This document shows, piece after piece, positions 41,989 to 53,466 of a DNA stretch of 64,000 bases. Both the position numbers and the translations under genes were made by a program. The notes under the pieces are model-generated. The model ran no database searches, was not told where the DNA came from, and saw only the letters and a list, made by a program, of their open reading frames with translations. This DNA comes from Candidatus Woesearchaeota archaeon (GTDB taxonomy: Archaea > Nanobdellota > Nanobdellia > Woesearchaeales > WAPY01), in NCBI GenBank assembly GCA_049700835.1, contig JBNAUL010000001.1, positions 308,043 to 372,042 of the forward strand. The letters run 5' to 3'. The stretch's first letter is position 1, and each line of letters begins with the position of its first letter.

Positions 41989-44562
41989 CTAATCTTCTAA
42001 AATTTTCAATATCAAATTAAATGTTTCAGGATATTCCTCTGGATCCAAAAGCCTGCTGTGCAAATCTGTTTTGAAGACATCTGTGCAGTTTCCTTTGATT
42101 GCATATTCCTGCCCGTAGCCGAGCTTTGCGTCTTCAAGATAAACAACCCCGTCGCTGTCCTTATTGTCCAAAAAACATCCTGAACCAAAGATGTTGTAAA
42201 TCTTTATCTTCGGTTTATAAGAATTCAATCTTTTCATAAATATGCTGTCCCTTGACATGTCCTCGCATTCTTTTTCAGAGCCGATGAGTTTGCAGAAATA
42301 GAGAGTTCTGCTACTAATTCCCTTATGAGGAGTCGCTATTGTTACAAGTTTATCAACGCTATCATCTCCAAAGAGCATTAAGTATTCCCTGCTCACCAAT
42401 CCACCCATTGAATGCGCTATTATAACAACTTTGTCAGCCCCTGTTTCGCCCTTTGCCTCATCAATAATCTCCTTTAACCTTATTGCATAGTTTTCTATGC
42501 TTTCCTGCTTCATAACAGAAACTATCCTTGTGCCAACATCATAATAACTTATAAAATAGTAACTTACCCTTATGGTTGGAGTAAGTTTAAAGCCGTCAAA
42601 ATTTTCTTCTTGGCTGTAAGATTTAAAATCAAAATTAAAAGGAACATAGCCATATTTTATAAGAGCCATTTGAATTCTTGAAAAGGAATTCATTGAGGAT
42701 TCAGGAGAATTTCCCTCATAAGCAAGATGCCCGTGCACGAAGATTATTGGGTATTTTTTGTTGCAGGAATTATAATAACAGCACTCGCAGCTGTTGTTGA
42801 AACAGCACCTTGGAGGGTTTTCCTTCAAGTCAATGTACGCCTTTTTGGTGTAGTTCTCAAACGAAATGTTTTTTTCCTCTAAAATAAAATTGATTGTAGG
42901 CAGTTCTTTGATTTCTACGTTTTCAATCATAGAGCAGAAATCAAGATTTTCATAAAATCCTTTTGAGAAATTAATCTTTGAAATCATTTTTAGTTCTTCA
43001 AAGCTTACATTTTCCATCTCACCGCTGAAATTAAATTCTGCTTGATTTTCACTGAGATTTTCCATTTCATCAAATTCAAAGGAAATATTTAGTTCTAAAA
43101 ATTTTTTCTTTGCCTTCTTGTACGCTTCAATCTCTGATTTGTTTTTTAGAATTTCAGCGTTTCTCAAAAACATAGAAGAGTTCTTCAAATAAGAATAATT
43201 TGATGACAGTATATCCTCAGATTTTTTATTTCGGTTTTCAAGCATAGAATTTAATAGGAATGTTTCATTGCACAATGCATAAACGCTTTCAGAATCATTA
43301 AGTTTAAAACTTGAGTTAAAACTTATGTTTGTTTCAGAGAATTCTGAAAGAGTAAAGTTAGCAAGGATTAAATCCAAGTAGAGTTTTTTGTTCAGAGCAT
43401 AGGATTTTTCATGATATTCTTTAAGAATGTTTGAAATGTTGTTTTCAATCCTTGAAACATTTTCAGCAAAATCATCCAAACTGAGATAAAAACCATTCTT
43501 GAAATAAAAGATATGGTCAATCGTTTTTGAAAACAGTTCACCACATTCAGCAGATTTGTTCTTATCAGTCATTTGAAAGAACTTGAAAGCATTGTTTATT
43601 GTTTTCTGCTCTTCTTGCAAAGTTTTAAGTTTCTTAGAAACGCTGTTCAGCGTGTTCAATGTTTTCATGTTAAATTCTGAGATATTAGAAGAATAATCCT
43701 TAAGAAAATTAACGATTGTTTCTGCTTTGGAAAATTTGTCGTAAGCACCAATGTAGTCCTCAGAGGCCCATAGATGATTGAGTTCTGAAATCTTTTCCAA
43801 TAACTGTTCATAATTCTGCTCTAATACAAAAACTGATTCTGAAATCTTCTTATATTCAAAACTCTCGTTCGGAACAATGGACAAAAGTTCTTTTGAAACA
43901 AAAATATTCTTTTGGCATTCAAAATCAGCAGAATAAAGACCTGATTTAAAATTTTCAATATCTTCAAAGATGCGATTTTTGCTTAAATTTTCCTTAGGAG
44001 AGAGTTCATAGTTTATGACTATTGTAGATGTTTTATAGCGAAAGCTCCTCTCGCTACTGCAAAAAGTGCTATTATCATTGTAGCACTTCATTTCAAGCAG
44101 ATAAATCTTTTTTCCAATCCCTGATTCATTTATTTTTAGAAAATAGTTCTTTGATTTTCTGCCAGACGTTTTAAAATAGATATAGCCCTCGTCAATCATT
44201 TCATTCTTACTCAAATCTATAAAACTATAATAGCAGGAACTCCTGCAAAGCAAACTCTGGGTTAAACTGACATTAAAGCTGATTTTTACAGAATCTTTGT
44301 TTTTTGAACTCATAAAAAGCGTTTGAGGTTCAAGATTTACTATCAATGTTTCTTTGATCAGGGAGTTTATTTTAAAGAATGCTGCAAAAAGCAATGCAGC
44401 AGCAATTATGATTAAAAAAATTAAAACTAATCTCCTGTTTTTTTTGTTAAAAATTTTATTTAATCCTTGGAATAAACTCTTTCTTAAAAACTTAGATCTC
44501 TTGTTCTCGAATTCTTTTTCTTCTTTGCTCTTTAACCTTCTTTTTTCTTTCTTTTTCTTCAT
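41989..44562 (-). CDS. Membrane-anchored stalked alpha/beta hydrolase (lipase/PGAP1-like)
   Basis: Basic N-terminus plus TM, long helical stalk, PIIFVHG, nucleophile elbow AHSMGG, ATPHKG, SDGVV, terminal H. Confidence 0.8.
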   Translation of the reverse strand: MKKKKEKRRLKSKEEKEFENKRSKFLRKSLFQGLNKIFNKKNRRLVLIFLIIIAAALLFAAFFKINSLIKETLIVNLEPQTLFMSSKNKDSVKISFNVSLTQSLLCRSSCYYSFIDLSKNEMIDEGYIYFKTSGRKSKNYFLKINESGIGKKIYLLEMKCYNDNSTFCSSERSFRYKTSTIVINYELSPKENLSKNRIFEDIENFKSGLYSADFECQKNIFVSKELLSIVPNESFEYKKISESVFVLEQNYEQLLEKISELNHLWASEDYIGAYDKFSKAETIVNFLKDYSSNISEFNMKTLNTLNSVSKKLKTLQEEQKTINNAFKFFQMTDKNKSAECGELFSKTIDHIFYFKNGFYLSLDDFAENVSRIENNISNILKEYHEKSYALNKKLYLDLILANFTLSEFSETNISFNSSFKLNDSESVYALCNETFLLNSMLENRNKKSEDILSSNYSYLKNSSMFLRNAEILKNKSEIEAYKKAKKKFLELNISFEFDEMENLSENQAEFNFSGEMENVSFEELKMISKINFSKGFYENLDFCSMIENVEIKELPTINFILEEKNISFENYTKKAYIDLKENPPRCCFNNSCECCYYNSCNKKYPIIFVHGHLAYEGNSPESSMNSFSRIQMALIKYGYVPFNFDFKSYSQEENFDGFKLTPTIRVSYYFISYYDVGTRIVSVMKQESIENYAIRLKEIIDEAKGETGADKVVIIAHSMGGLVSREYLMLFGDDSVDKLVTIATPHKGISSRTLYFCKLIGSEKECEDMSRDSIFMKRLNSYKPKIKIYNIFGSGCFLDNKDSDGVVYLEDAKLGYGQEYAIKGNCTDVFKTDLHSRLLDPEEYPETFNLILKILED

Positions 44563-44670
44563 AACAAAAACTAATAAACTTCCTTTATTTAAATCTTTTT
44601 TATGAACAATTTTAATATTGCAGAAGAAAAAATATTTAAACCTGAATGTATATAAAACAAATGTTGCAAA

Positions 44671-44916
44671 ATGAAAAGCAAAACGCAAGATAAAAGAAAA
44701 AAGGAGTGCTGTTTTAGGAGTTACATGAAATTCTATGATAACATGCTGAGAAAAGCAACGCCAACAGACATATTTTTTGTGAAAATATCCTCGCTATTTT
44801 TTGGGATTCTTTTGGTTTATTGGATTCCAAAACTATTAAATGTGAATGTTTGGATTTGGATAGGTTTGTTTATTCTAAGTACAGCAATGGCATTGAGACT
44901 TGTTTGGAAGAAATAA
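44671..44916 (+). CDS. Small two-TM membrane protein
   Basis: Two hydrophobic segments; TATA-like TTTAAA upstream. Confidence 0.55.
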   Translation: MKSKTQDKRKKECCFRSYMKFYDNMLRKATPTDIFFVKISSLFFGILLVYWIPKLLNVNVWIWIGLFILSTAMALRLVWKK

Positions 44917-45688
44917 AAACTTTATTTTTTTATTTTTTCTTTTATGATTTCCAATAATCTGCTTATAAAAACCCACTCTAAGATGTATATGTTGAACTTT
45001 CCATTCTTATTATAATTTTTTTGGGTATAAATCAATTATATCCAATCATATTAACAAAATCCCTATTTTAATTATACACTCTTTTCTTAAACCAGTACTT
45101 AGGATAATCTCCCCACAGTTCTACATAAACATCAAATTCTGAAAGGTAAAATCTGGTTTTATAACCTTATTTGCTAGTTTAAGAGTTTTTCATAAATAAA
45201 TTTTATTTTTTTCTTGCGAAATAATCGCTTACAAATTTCTCTGAACTGCTAAGTTCTCTAATTCTTTTTTAAATAAAAAAAGATTTTTGGTTGCTTTGTA
45301 TTCCCGATAAATCATTTTCAATTGATCAGTCAAGTGGATTAGTACTGCAAGAAATAATAAAAGGCCTAAAATGTCTTATCTTTATTGCAGTTTTATCTTC
45401 TACAAAAAAAAGAATATAATTAAACCAAGAAAGAAAAGAATTGCATAAACAAAATTTTATATTTTATGTGCAGTTATATTTTTTAAGTTCATTATTTCTT
45501 TTAAATTATTTTTTATTTCTAAGTTTTTCTGTTACCTATCATATCTTTTTATTTTAATTTTAAAACTTGTTTAATTATTTAATTTTTGCTTTCTGCTTTG
45601 ATTTAATTTTTCACTTGCAAAAGCTCTAACTCAAATAAGATTATCATCTTTGAATGATTTTTGTTTTTATTTTTTGAATGTTTTTAAA

Positions 45689-46861
45689 TCATCTTCCCAT
45701 AACTCGCTCAATAGTTTTGTTCTTGCTGAACTCGACTTCTGGCTGGTCAAACGGGTTTTGGTTTCTCAGGATTGCAGAATAGTATGCAAACAACTGCCAG
45801 AAAGCAATCAACTCTCCAACCCCCTCTTCGTCAAGTTTATTTAGTTCTAAAACAACGAATGGAATTTTTTTGTTTTCTGCATGTTTTAAAACACCTTCAA
45901 GTTCAAGATTAACAGAGTCTTTCATGTTGAAATTGTTTAAAACAGCTATTTTTTTATTTTTTAGTTTTAAGTTTGATATTTTTTTAGAAACTTTAATTTT
46001 TAGGGATTTATGGTTATTTATTTTTATGAAGAAACCAACCATGTTTTTTCTTCCTCCAAAGAACCTTTGGTTTGATTCATGCTGAGATTCAGGACCAGTG
46101 CAATAAAATATTGTTTGTCCTAAACCATTCTTTCCTGTTGTCTCATGAATTAGTTGGGTTATCAAGAATGAAAAGCCATATAATCTTTGAGAATATGAGC
46201 TCAAGAAGATTTCATCATAACCCCTGTTTTCAAGATAAAAAAATTTCTTCGCAAGTTCAAGAATGCTTTTGTTGTTTTTGTATATCTTTGAAGCTCCGTT
46301 AAAGATTTTTTCTATTTTAATCCCGCAGAGAAGTGCAGGAAAAAGAGCGCACTCTGTTAATCCAGAAAATCTTCCGCTAATATTTGGATGTTCTAAAATA
46401 TCAAATCCCATTTTAAGAGCAATTTCTTTCAATAATCCTCCAGAGGTAATGCAAACAATGTTTTTATACCCAAAATTGATGAAAAAAAGAAGATTTTCGA
46501 TAACTCCCAAAGTATCTCCTGACTTGCTTATTGCAACGATTAATGTTTTATTCCTATTGCACTTATTTTTAACATCAAACAAGAATTCTGTTTCAACAGT
46601 ATCTACCAAATAAACATTCTTTTTTGAATTCAAAGCATACAACATTGCTTTAAAGTTGTTTATAGATCCACCAAAACCTAAGATTACAATGTTTTCAAGT
46701 TTTTCATATTTTTCTGCTTTTTTCCTCATTAGTTTAAAGTTCGGCTTGTAATTCAAGAAAGAAGGCTCAAACCTTTTTATTCTATGCTCAATATCATTAA
46801 TTCTATAATCAAATTTTTCTTTATCTTCTTTAACCAAAAGTTTGTCATTGATTTTTAGCAT
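45689..46861 (-). CDS. pgi: Glucose-6-phosphate isomerase (SIS-domain type)
   Basis: GFGGS, ISKSGDT, GRFS, QLIHETTGK, NPFDQPEVE. Confidence 0.85.
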   Translation of the reverse strand: MLKINDKLLVKEDKEKFDYRINDIEHRIKRFEPSFLNYKPNFKLMRKKAEKYEKLENIVILGFGGSINNFKAMLYALNSKKNVYLVDTVETEFLFDVKNKCNRNKTLIVAISKSGDTLGVIENLLFFINFGYKNIVCITSGGLLKEIALKMGFDILEHPNISGRFSGLTECALFPALLCGIKIEKIFNGASKIYKNNKSILELAKKFFYLENRGYDEIFLSSYSQRLYGFSFLITQLIHETTGKNGLGQTIFYCTGPESQHESNQRFFGGRKNMVGFFIKINNHKSLKIKVSKKISNLKLKNKKIAVLNNFNMKDSVNLELEGVLKHAENKKIPFVVLELNKLDEEGVGELIAFWQLFAYYSAILRNQNPFDQPEVEFSKNKTIERVMGR

Positions 46862-47280
46862 GGAAATCAAAGCATTAAAATTTAGTTCAGTATTTAAATT
46901 TTTTTAAAGCAGCACACTAAAACAAAACCCTTTAAATCAAAAAAATTTTACAACCTAAAACTCTGGTTAATTTTATTTTGATTTTTAGAATTTCTTAACA
47001 AATTATCAGCACTAAATTTTACTCAACCTAAAATTACATATTACATGATTTTGTATTTCTTTTCAAAAAAACAGTTAAATTTACAAGTAGGCGAACATCG
47101 TTTTTTATAACAACAACCTATTAGTAGCGAGTTAAGTATTGAGTTAAGTATTTTTTTCAACTTAAAGATAAAAATGGAATTAATCTTTCATAATAATAAA
47201 CAAATTTATAAAGTATTTTTCATAATAATTTAAAAATAACAACATTAAATTTACACATCTCTTTTATTTTTGTAATTCAA

Positions 47281-48187
47281 ATGTCTTCAGATTCAGAAGA
47301 TTTATATTAAGAATTATTTAAACTATACGATACGAGCAGTTTATACGATCTTGGTAAGTATAACATAAATATAGTATATCTTCAATTGCTATTTCAATAA
47401 TTACGCTTATATTTTTCATATTATTTTATTCAAAAGCAAAAACACGCTTTTGAGTTTCTAACAAAGAGTGATATAAAAAATACAGAAAAAAATAATTTCG
47501 TATCTTGATCTTTTTGCAATTCTTATCATTTCTTTCTTTTTGCTCTTTTTATTGAAGGATATACTTTCTCTTTTTAATTATAACTCAATCTCAATTGTGG
47601 TGTTTTATTTGAAGGAGTCTATTTCAATATTGAGCAAACTATTTTCGTTATTATTTCTATTATTACTTATAAATATTCTTTTAGAGATTATTCCGATAAT
47701 TAATGAGAAAATTCTAAACACACTCGGTTACGAAAAGATTTTAGTTTCTTTTCTTTCTATTTTTAATACTCATAGGAGCTGCAATAGTAATCCTCAATAC
47801 GATTTCAGAATTCTACGATTTTAAAGAAGTGCTTGACTATGTTTCCTTATTACTCATCTTATCCATAGCTATGATAGTAATTCCTATCATATTTGAGTTT
47901 TTTGAAATCTTTTTCAAATTCTTTTATTTATCCATTAATGTCTTCCATTAATGTCTTCTTTTTTTCAAAAAGATAAAATACAAGTAGTTTATTCAATTTT
48001 AACTTTAGTTATACTAATCTACTTAATATCCTATGTAATTAGTTTTATTCCTGCAGGTTCTAACTTATCATCTATACTAGGGTTAATAATCTTACCCGTA
48101 AGTATTTTGAGAGAGTGATTGTACATTTCTGTTTTAATAGCTGGTTTATATGCCATTTTTGTTTATATTAGAAAATCAGGTTCTTAA
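47281..48187 (+). pseudogene. Possible degraded membrane-protein gene
   Basis: Hydrophobic coding-like fragments (e.g. 47540-47824) interrupted by stops/frameshifts and a small tandem duplication near 47931-47958; family not recognised. Confidence 0.3.
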
Positions 48188-48241
48188 TTAAAGTGATTTT
48201 TAACCATAATACTTTTAAATCTTGTTTTTTTATTTATAATT

Positions 48242-50158
48242 ATGGAATACTCTGTACTAGTTGACTATTATGAAAAGCTCGAATCAACAACTAAACGTTT
48301 GGAAAAAACATATCTTCTCTACAAATTTTTGAAATCAGTTCCAAAGGAAGAACTTGATATAGCAACCCTTCTAATACAGGGAAAAATCTTTCCTATATGG
48401 GTGAGTTCTGAATTGGGTTTTGCTTCAAAATTAATAATAAAAGCAATTTCCCTATCCACAGGTTATGAGCAGGAAATTGTTGAGGAAGAGTGGAGAGAGT
48501 TTGGGGACTTGGGGCTTGTTGCAGAAGCATTGATAAAAGAGAAAAAGCAGAAAACTTTGTTTCAAGAGCAACTGACATTGAAAAAAGTTTTTGAGAACCT
48601 ACAAAAAATAGCTTTTTTAGAAGGAGAAAAGAGCGTTGATTTGAAAGTGAGGGTCTTATCAGAGCTTTTGACAAGCGCTAAACCAAGAGAAGCAAAGTAT
48701 TTAATTAGAACAACTTTGGGACAATTGAGAGTTGGGATTGGAGAGGGCACTCTGAGAGATGCTATTGCTTGGGCTTTGTTTCCAAAAGTAGTTGGTATTT
48801 TCTTTAAGTGTGAGAATTGTAAGAATTGGATTCCAAAATCAGAGAAATGCCCTGAATGTGGGTTTAAGAATGATTTTAAGTTTAATCATGAGATAGAAAA
48901 GTTTAATGAAAATAATTTTTTAGAAGTTGATAGTTATGAGGAATTAAAAAATGTAGAAATAAAAGATTATGATTTTATAATTTGTAGGAAAGAAAAAAAT
49001 GCAAGAAAAATCTACAATTACTTAATCTCAAGGGTTGAAAATGCTTATAACATGCTTGCAGATTTCAGTTTGGTTGCAAAAGAGGCATCTAATGGATTGC
49101 AATCTCTAAGAAAAATAAGTTTGCAGCCAGGAAGGCCTGTTAAGGTAATGCTTGCAATTAAAACACCAACAATCAAAGAAGGTTTTGAAAGAGTCGGCAG
49201 ACCAGCTCAGCTTGAGTACAAGTATGATGGTTTCAGAATACACATTCACAAGGACAAGAATTTAATAAAAATATTTACAAGGAGATTAGAGGACGTCACA
49301 AAACAATTTCCAGATATCGTTGAGGGCTTGGAGGATGTTGAAGGGGAAAGTTATATTCTTGATGGCGAAGCAGTAGGAATTAACAAAGCAACAGGCAAGT
49401 ATCTTCCTTTTCAGGCAATATCCCAAAGGATAAAGAGAAAATATGATATTGAACAGATGCGTAAGGAATTTCCAGTTGAAGTGGAGTTGTTTGACATACT
49501 CTACTATAATGGAGAGTCGCTGCTAAAAAAACCATTAAGTGAGAGAAGGGTTCTCCTTGAAAAGATTGTTCATCCTAAAAAACTTTTTATAAAAACTTCT
49601 AAAAAACTGATAACAGGCTCTGAACAAGAAGCACAAGAATTCTTTAAACAAGCTTTATTAGAAGGAAATGAAGGAATAATGATGAAAAAACTTGATGCAC
49701 CTTACAGAGCAGGAGCAAGGGTTGGTTTCATGGTTAAGTACAAGCAAGTTATGGAAAATCTTGATTTAGTAATAGTGGCTGCAGAGTGGGGAGAAGGAAA
49801 GCGTTCAAAATGGTTGTCGAGTTACTATGTTGCATGCAGAGATGAAAACAACAATCTCTTAGAGATTGGAAAGGTAGCAACTGGTTTAAAAGAAAAAGAA
49901 GAGCAAGGTCTTAGTTTTGAAGAACTAACAAAAATTCTTAAGCCAATGGTAATTGAGCAGAAGGGAAGGTTTGTCAGAGTAAATCCAGAAATCGTTGTTG
50001 AGGTTGCTTACGAGGAAATACAAAAATCTCCAGAGTATAATTCTGGTTTTGCACTGAGATTTCCAAGGATAATAAGGTTAAGGCCTGATAAGCCATTAGA
50101 CGAGATTTCTGATTTAAAGAGAATAAAGGAATTGTTTGAGGAGCAAAGGTATAGATAA
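48242..50158 (+). CDS. lig: ATP-dependent DNA ligase with a Zn-ribbon insertion in the DNA-binding domain
   Basis: EYKYDG, LDGEAV, FDILY, EGIMMK, YRAGAR, DLVIV, ALRFPRIIRLRPDK; insertion CENC...CPEC. Confidence 0.95.
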   Translation: MEYSVLVDYYEKLESTTKRLEKTYLLYKFLKSVPKEELDIATLLIQGKIFPIWVSSELGFASKLIIKAISLSTGYEQEIVEEEWREFGDLGLVAEALIKEKKQKTLFQEQLTLKKVFENLQKIAFLEGEKSVDLKVRVLSELLTSAKPREAKYLIRTTLGQLRVGIGEGTLRDAIAWALFPKVVGIFFKCENCKNWIPKSEKCPECGFKNDFKFNHEIEKFNENNFLEVDSYEELKNVEIKDYDFIICRKEKNARKIYNYLISRVENAYNMLADFSLVAKEASNGLQSLRKISLQPGRPVKVMLAIKTPTIKEGFERVGRPAQLEYKYDGFRIHIHKDKNLIKIFTRRLEDVTKQFPDIVEGLEDVEGESYILDGEAVGINKATGKYLPFQAISQRIKRKYDIEQMRKEFPVEVELFDILYYNGESLLKKPLSERRVLLEKIVHPKKLFIKTSKKLITGSEQEAQEFFKQALLEGNEGIMMKKLDAPYRAGARVGFMVKYKQVMENLDLVIVAAEWGEGKRSKWLSSYYVACRDENNNLLEIGKVATGLKEKEEQGLSFEELTKILKPMVIEQKGRFVRVNPEIVVEVAYEEIQKSPEYNSGFALRFPRIIRLRPDKPLDEISDLKRIKELFEEQRYR

Positions 50159-50219
50159 AAATTTTTAATTAAAGGTTTCATTCAAAAAATTTAAATATAT
50201 TTTATCTTAATTAAATTTT

Positions 50220-50558
50220 ATGACTATAAAGTTAAAAATTAAAGATATTAAGGACGAATTGGATTTATACCTAACTTCAAATAAATTAAAACCAGCTTCA
50301 ATCATAAGATTAGATGTTTATCTTGAATTCGAAGAAAAATATAATATCATTGATTCCAAAGACGCAAAAAACATAGAAGATAAGAACCTTTCGGAATTAG
50401 AATTAAAGATTGATGAATTCTTCAAGAAGCACAATGTTTTTTATTACAATCATAGTAATTACGAAGCAGAAAGATTCAAAGAGACAAAATATGAAGGAGC
50501 GCATTATTGCATGATGTTTTACATCGCTAAGAATTTAAATTCATTGGAAGGTTATTGA
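50220..50558 (+). CDS. Hypothetical protein
   Basis: 112-aa ORF with upstream TTTAAATA. Confidence 0.5.
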   Translation: MTIKLKIKDIKDELDLYLTSNKLKPASIIRLDVYLEFEEKYNIIDSKDAKNIEDKNLSELELKIDEFFKKHNVFYYNHSNYEAERFKETKYEGAHYCMMFYIAKNLNSLEGY

Positions 50559-50959
50559 GAGCCAAAACTGATAAAGCATTAGGATTAGCACTTGGATATC
50601 TTATTAGCGCTGCAAAGAATTTTTCAAAAAACATTGGTGGGGAAATAATAAACTGGAATTATTTTTTAGTATCGCTTGCAAAAGCAAAAAATGCCGGAAA
50701 AGAAATACCTAAATGGTTAGCATACATAAGTTTTGTGCCTGATGAATTGGATATCGTAAATAACAAAGTTTCAGAGGAAGCGAGAATGCTTGGAAAAAAA
50801 TATAGGAAATTTGTCAAATCTAATAATCCTGAACTTGCAAAGAGAGTTGAAGAGGAATTCTTTAATATGATGCTGCCTGATTCTTGGGAAAAGGATTCAG
50901 AAGGAAATTATAAACTCTGCTATAAAATAGAATTTGGCTCTGATGAAAAAACAGAGTGA
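50555..50959 (+). CDS. Hypothetical protein
   Basis: 134-aa ORF overlapping the previous stop (TTGA coupling). Confidence 0.5.
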   Translation: MRAKTDKALGLALGYLISAAKNFSKNIGGEIINWNYFLVSLAKAKNAGKEIPKWLAYISFVPDELDIVNNKVSEEARMLGKKYRKFVKSNNPELAKRVEEEFFNMMLPDSWEKDSEGNYKLCYKIEFGSDEKTE

Positions 50960-50993
50960 AGTCGAATTGCTAAAAATAATAATCAAACAAAAA

Positions 50994-51932
50994 TTATTCT
51001 TTGCTACACATCCTTTTTAGCCATGTCCATCTCTTGTCAACTTCTTCTTGGGCTCTCTTCAAGACCCACTCATTTTCTGGCTTGAACAGGTGCTTAAACC
51101 TTTTTTGCAACTTCATAAACTCAACAACAGGTTTTTTATTATCACTAGGATCATAATTTAAAATCCACTCATCATTCTTTACCTCATACAAAGGCCAAAA
51201 ACAAGTCTCAACTGCAAGTTTTGCAAGTTCTATTGTTTGGGAACTATCATAACCCCAACCTAATATGCAAGGGCTTAAAACATTAATGAAACTAGGTCCT
51301 TCTGTTTCTATTGCTGTTTTAACTTTTATCAAAAAATCATTTAAATTGTGAATTGATGCTTGCGCAACATAAGGTATGTGGTGAGCAGCAACTATTGCTG
51401 TCAAGTCCTTTCTAAACTCTAATTTTCCAGGCCTTGCAATTCCAGCAGGGTCTGTTGTTGTAGAAGCACCAATAGGAGTTGCAGAACTCCTTTGGATTCC
51501 TGTATTCATATATCCCTCATTATCATAGCATACATACAAAAAATTATGGCCTCTTTCCAAAGCGCCGCTTAAACTTTGAAGCCCAATATCATAAGTTCCG
51601 CCATCTCCTCCAATTGCAATAAACTTTATGTTTTTGTTAATCTTACCTTTCTTTTTTAATGCTCTGTAAGCAGTTTCAACTCCTGAAATTGTAGCAGCAA
51701 CATTTTCAAAAGCATTATGAATCCAAGGAACCTTCCAAGCAGTATAAGGATAGATTGTTGTAGAGACCTCTAAACAACCAGTTGCTGTTCCAACCACAAC
51801 ATCGTAATCAGAGGATGCTAGCAAAACAAGTTTTGAAATTATCGGCGCAGCGCAACCAGGGCAAAGTCTGTGTCCAGGAGCAATTTTTATTTCTTTTCTT
51901 CCAAATGATTTTAAATCAACCATTTTAATCAC
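50994..51932 (-). CDS. porB: Pyruvate:ferredoxin oxidoreductase beta subunit
   Basis: GHRLCPGC, ATGCLEV, TPP motif GGDGGTYDIG...YDNEGYMNTGIQRS. Confidence 0.92.
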   Translation of the reverse strand: MIKMVDLKSFGRKEIKIAPGHRLCPGCAAPIISKLVLLASSDYDVVVGTATGCLEVSTTIYPYTAWKVPWIHNAFENVAATISGVETAYRALKKKGKINKNIKFIAIGGDGGTYDIGLQSLSGALERGHNFLYVCYDNEGYMNTGIQRSSATPIGASTTTDPAGIARPGKLEFRKDLTAIVAAHHIPYVAQASIHNLNDFLIKVKTAIETEGPSFINVLSPCILGWGYDSSQTIELAKLAVETCFWPLYEVKNDEWILNYDPSDNKKPVVEFMKLQKRFKHLFKPENEWVLKRAQEEVDKRWTWLKRMCSKE

Positions 51933-53121
51933 GAACTCCTAAGTATTGAACTTTTTCTATTTTCTTTCCCTTACTTAATTTTATTGTATCGTCAAAAACC
52001 TTTTCAACCATCTCAACACTCAATTCTCTTCCTCCTAAACCATAGATGTAGTTCAAAATTTTTGGTCTTTTATTCTGTTCATAAAAAGCACTCCTCACAT
52101 CATTAAATAAAACTCCACCATAACTTCCGAAAGCAATTGCTCTGTCAAGAACAGCAACAACCCTTGCATTCTTTAATTTTTTAACAACCTCTTCATTCAT
52201 GAAAGGTCTGAAAACTCTAACGCTCAAAACTCCTGTTTTAAAACCCTTGTTTCTAAAATGATCACAGACCTCCATTGCTGTTCCAACGCTTGAATTCATT
52301 GTTAATATTATAAAATCAGCATCATTGATCTTATAACCCTCAAAATAATCATAATTTCTACCACTGATTTTTGAAAACTCGCTGAAAATCTTTTTTATAA
52401 CTAACTTTGATTTTTCCATTGCTTCTGCTTGTTGTCTTTTGTGCTCAAAATAATAATCAAACAAATCAAGAGGGCCGATTGTTATTGGTTTTTCAGTGTC
52501 AAGCAAATTGTATTTTGGCTTGTACTCTCCAATGAATTTCTTTACTTTTTTATCATCAAGAGTGTAAAGGTTCTCTACAGAATGGCTTGTAATAAAACCA
52601 TCTTGCAGCACCATCACTGGAAGCATAACATCCTTATGCTCCGCAATCCTAACAGCCATCATGTTGTTGTCATAAACATCTTGGGCATTAACGCTTGCAA
52701 GCATTATCCATCCAGAATCCCTTATCAGCATTGCATCAGAATGATCTCCGTGAATGTTTATCGGGCCTGAGAGAGCCCTGTTTACAAGATTCATTACAAT
52801 TGGAAGTCTAAGCGAGGATGCAATGTAAACAATCTCTGTCATCAGAGCAAGTCCATTAGCAGATGTTGCTGTCATTGTTCTTGCTCCTGAAGCAGCAGAA
52901 CCAATGCAAGCGCTCATTGCAGAATGCTCTGACTCAACTCTTATCATTTCCGTGTCTACTAAACCATCATTTACAAATTCTGAGAACTTCATTGCTATCG
53001 GAGTTTGAGGAGTTATTGGATAAACAGCAACAACATCTGGATTTATTTGCTTCATTGCCTCAGCAGCAGCATGAGCTCCTGTAAGCACTTTTTTAATCCC
53101 AAAATAATTTGCTTTTTTCAT
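51925..53121 (-). CDS. porA: Pyruvate:ferredoxin oxidoreductase alpha subunit
   Basis: YPITPQT, VESEHSA, NRALSGP, YGLGGR. Confidence 0.92.
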   Translation of the reverse strand: MKKANYFGIKKVLTGAHAAAEAMKQINPDVVAVYPITPQTPIAMKFSEFVNDGLVDTEMIRVESEHSAMSACIGSAASGARTMTATSANGLALMTEIVYIASSLRLPIVMNLVNRALSGPINIHGDHSDAMLIRDSGWIMLASVNAQDVYDNNMMAVRIAEHKDVMLPVMVLQDGFITSHSVENLYTLDDKKVKKFIGEYKPKYNLLDTEKPITIGPLDLFDYYFEHKRQQAEAMEKSKLVIKKIFSEFSKISGRNYDYFEGYKINDADFIILTMNSSVGTAMEVCDHFRNKGFKTGVLSVRVFRPFMNEEVVKKLKNARVVAVLDRAIAFGSYGGVLFNDVRSAFYEQNKRPKILNYIYGLGGRELSVEMVEKVFDDTIKLSKGKKIEKVQYLGVRD

Positions 53122-53466
53122 TTTGCACTTAAACTTTTTTTAAATCTCTTTTAAAATCATTTTATTTTTTTGTTATTTCATTTTTAGTTTGATTAAATGA
53201 GTTGCTGCTCTGTTAAATTCCTATTAAATTTTTTTTTGTTATTTCTTAAACTCCTTTAAATTAATTTTAAAATTATAAGCATAAATCTTTAATTAGCTCT
53301 CGCTTAGCTGAAATTTTTAATATTTATCCAACTTCTTAACCTTTCAAGCTTATAAAAAATTTTTTGTTATTTCTTTTTTTGCTTTTGGTCTTTATTATTT
53401 TTTATAAAATTTCTCATCGAACTTTTTATTCTTTTCACTCTCTAAAAACTTTTTCTGATTATTATT

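Noticed and set aside
44920..45680. Possible minus-strand gene remnant
   Set aside because: Multiple stops and no identifiable motif.
48781..49020. Intein in DNA ligase
   Set aside because: No intein N-terminal block or terminal HN-(C/S/T) junction; looks like a Zn ribbon.
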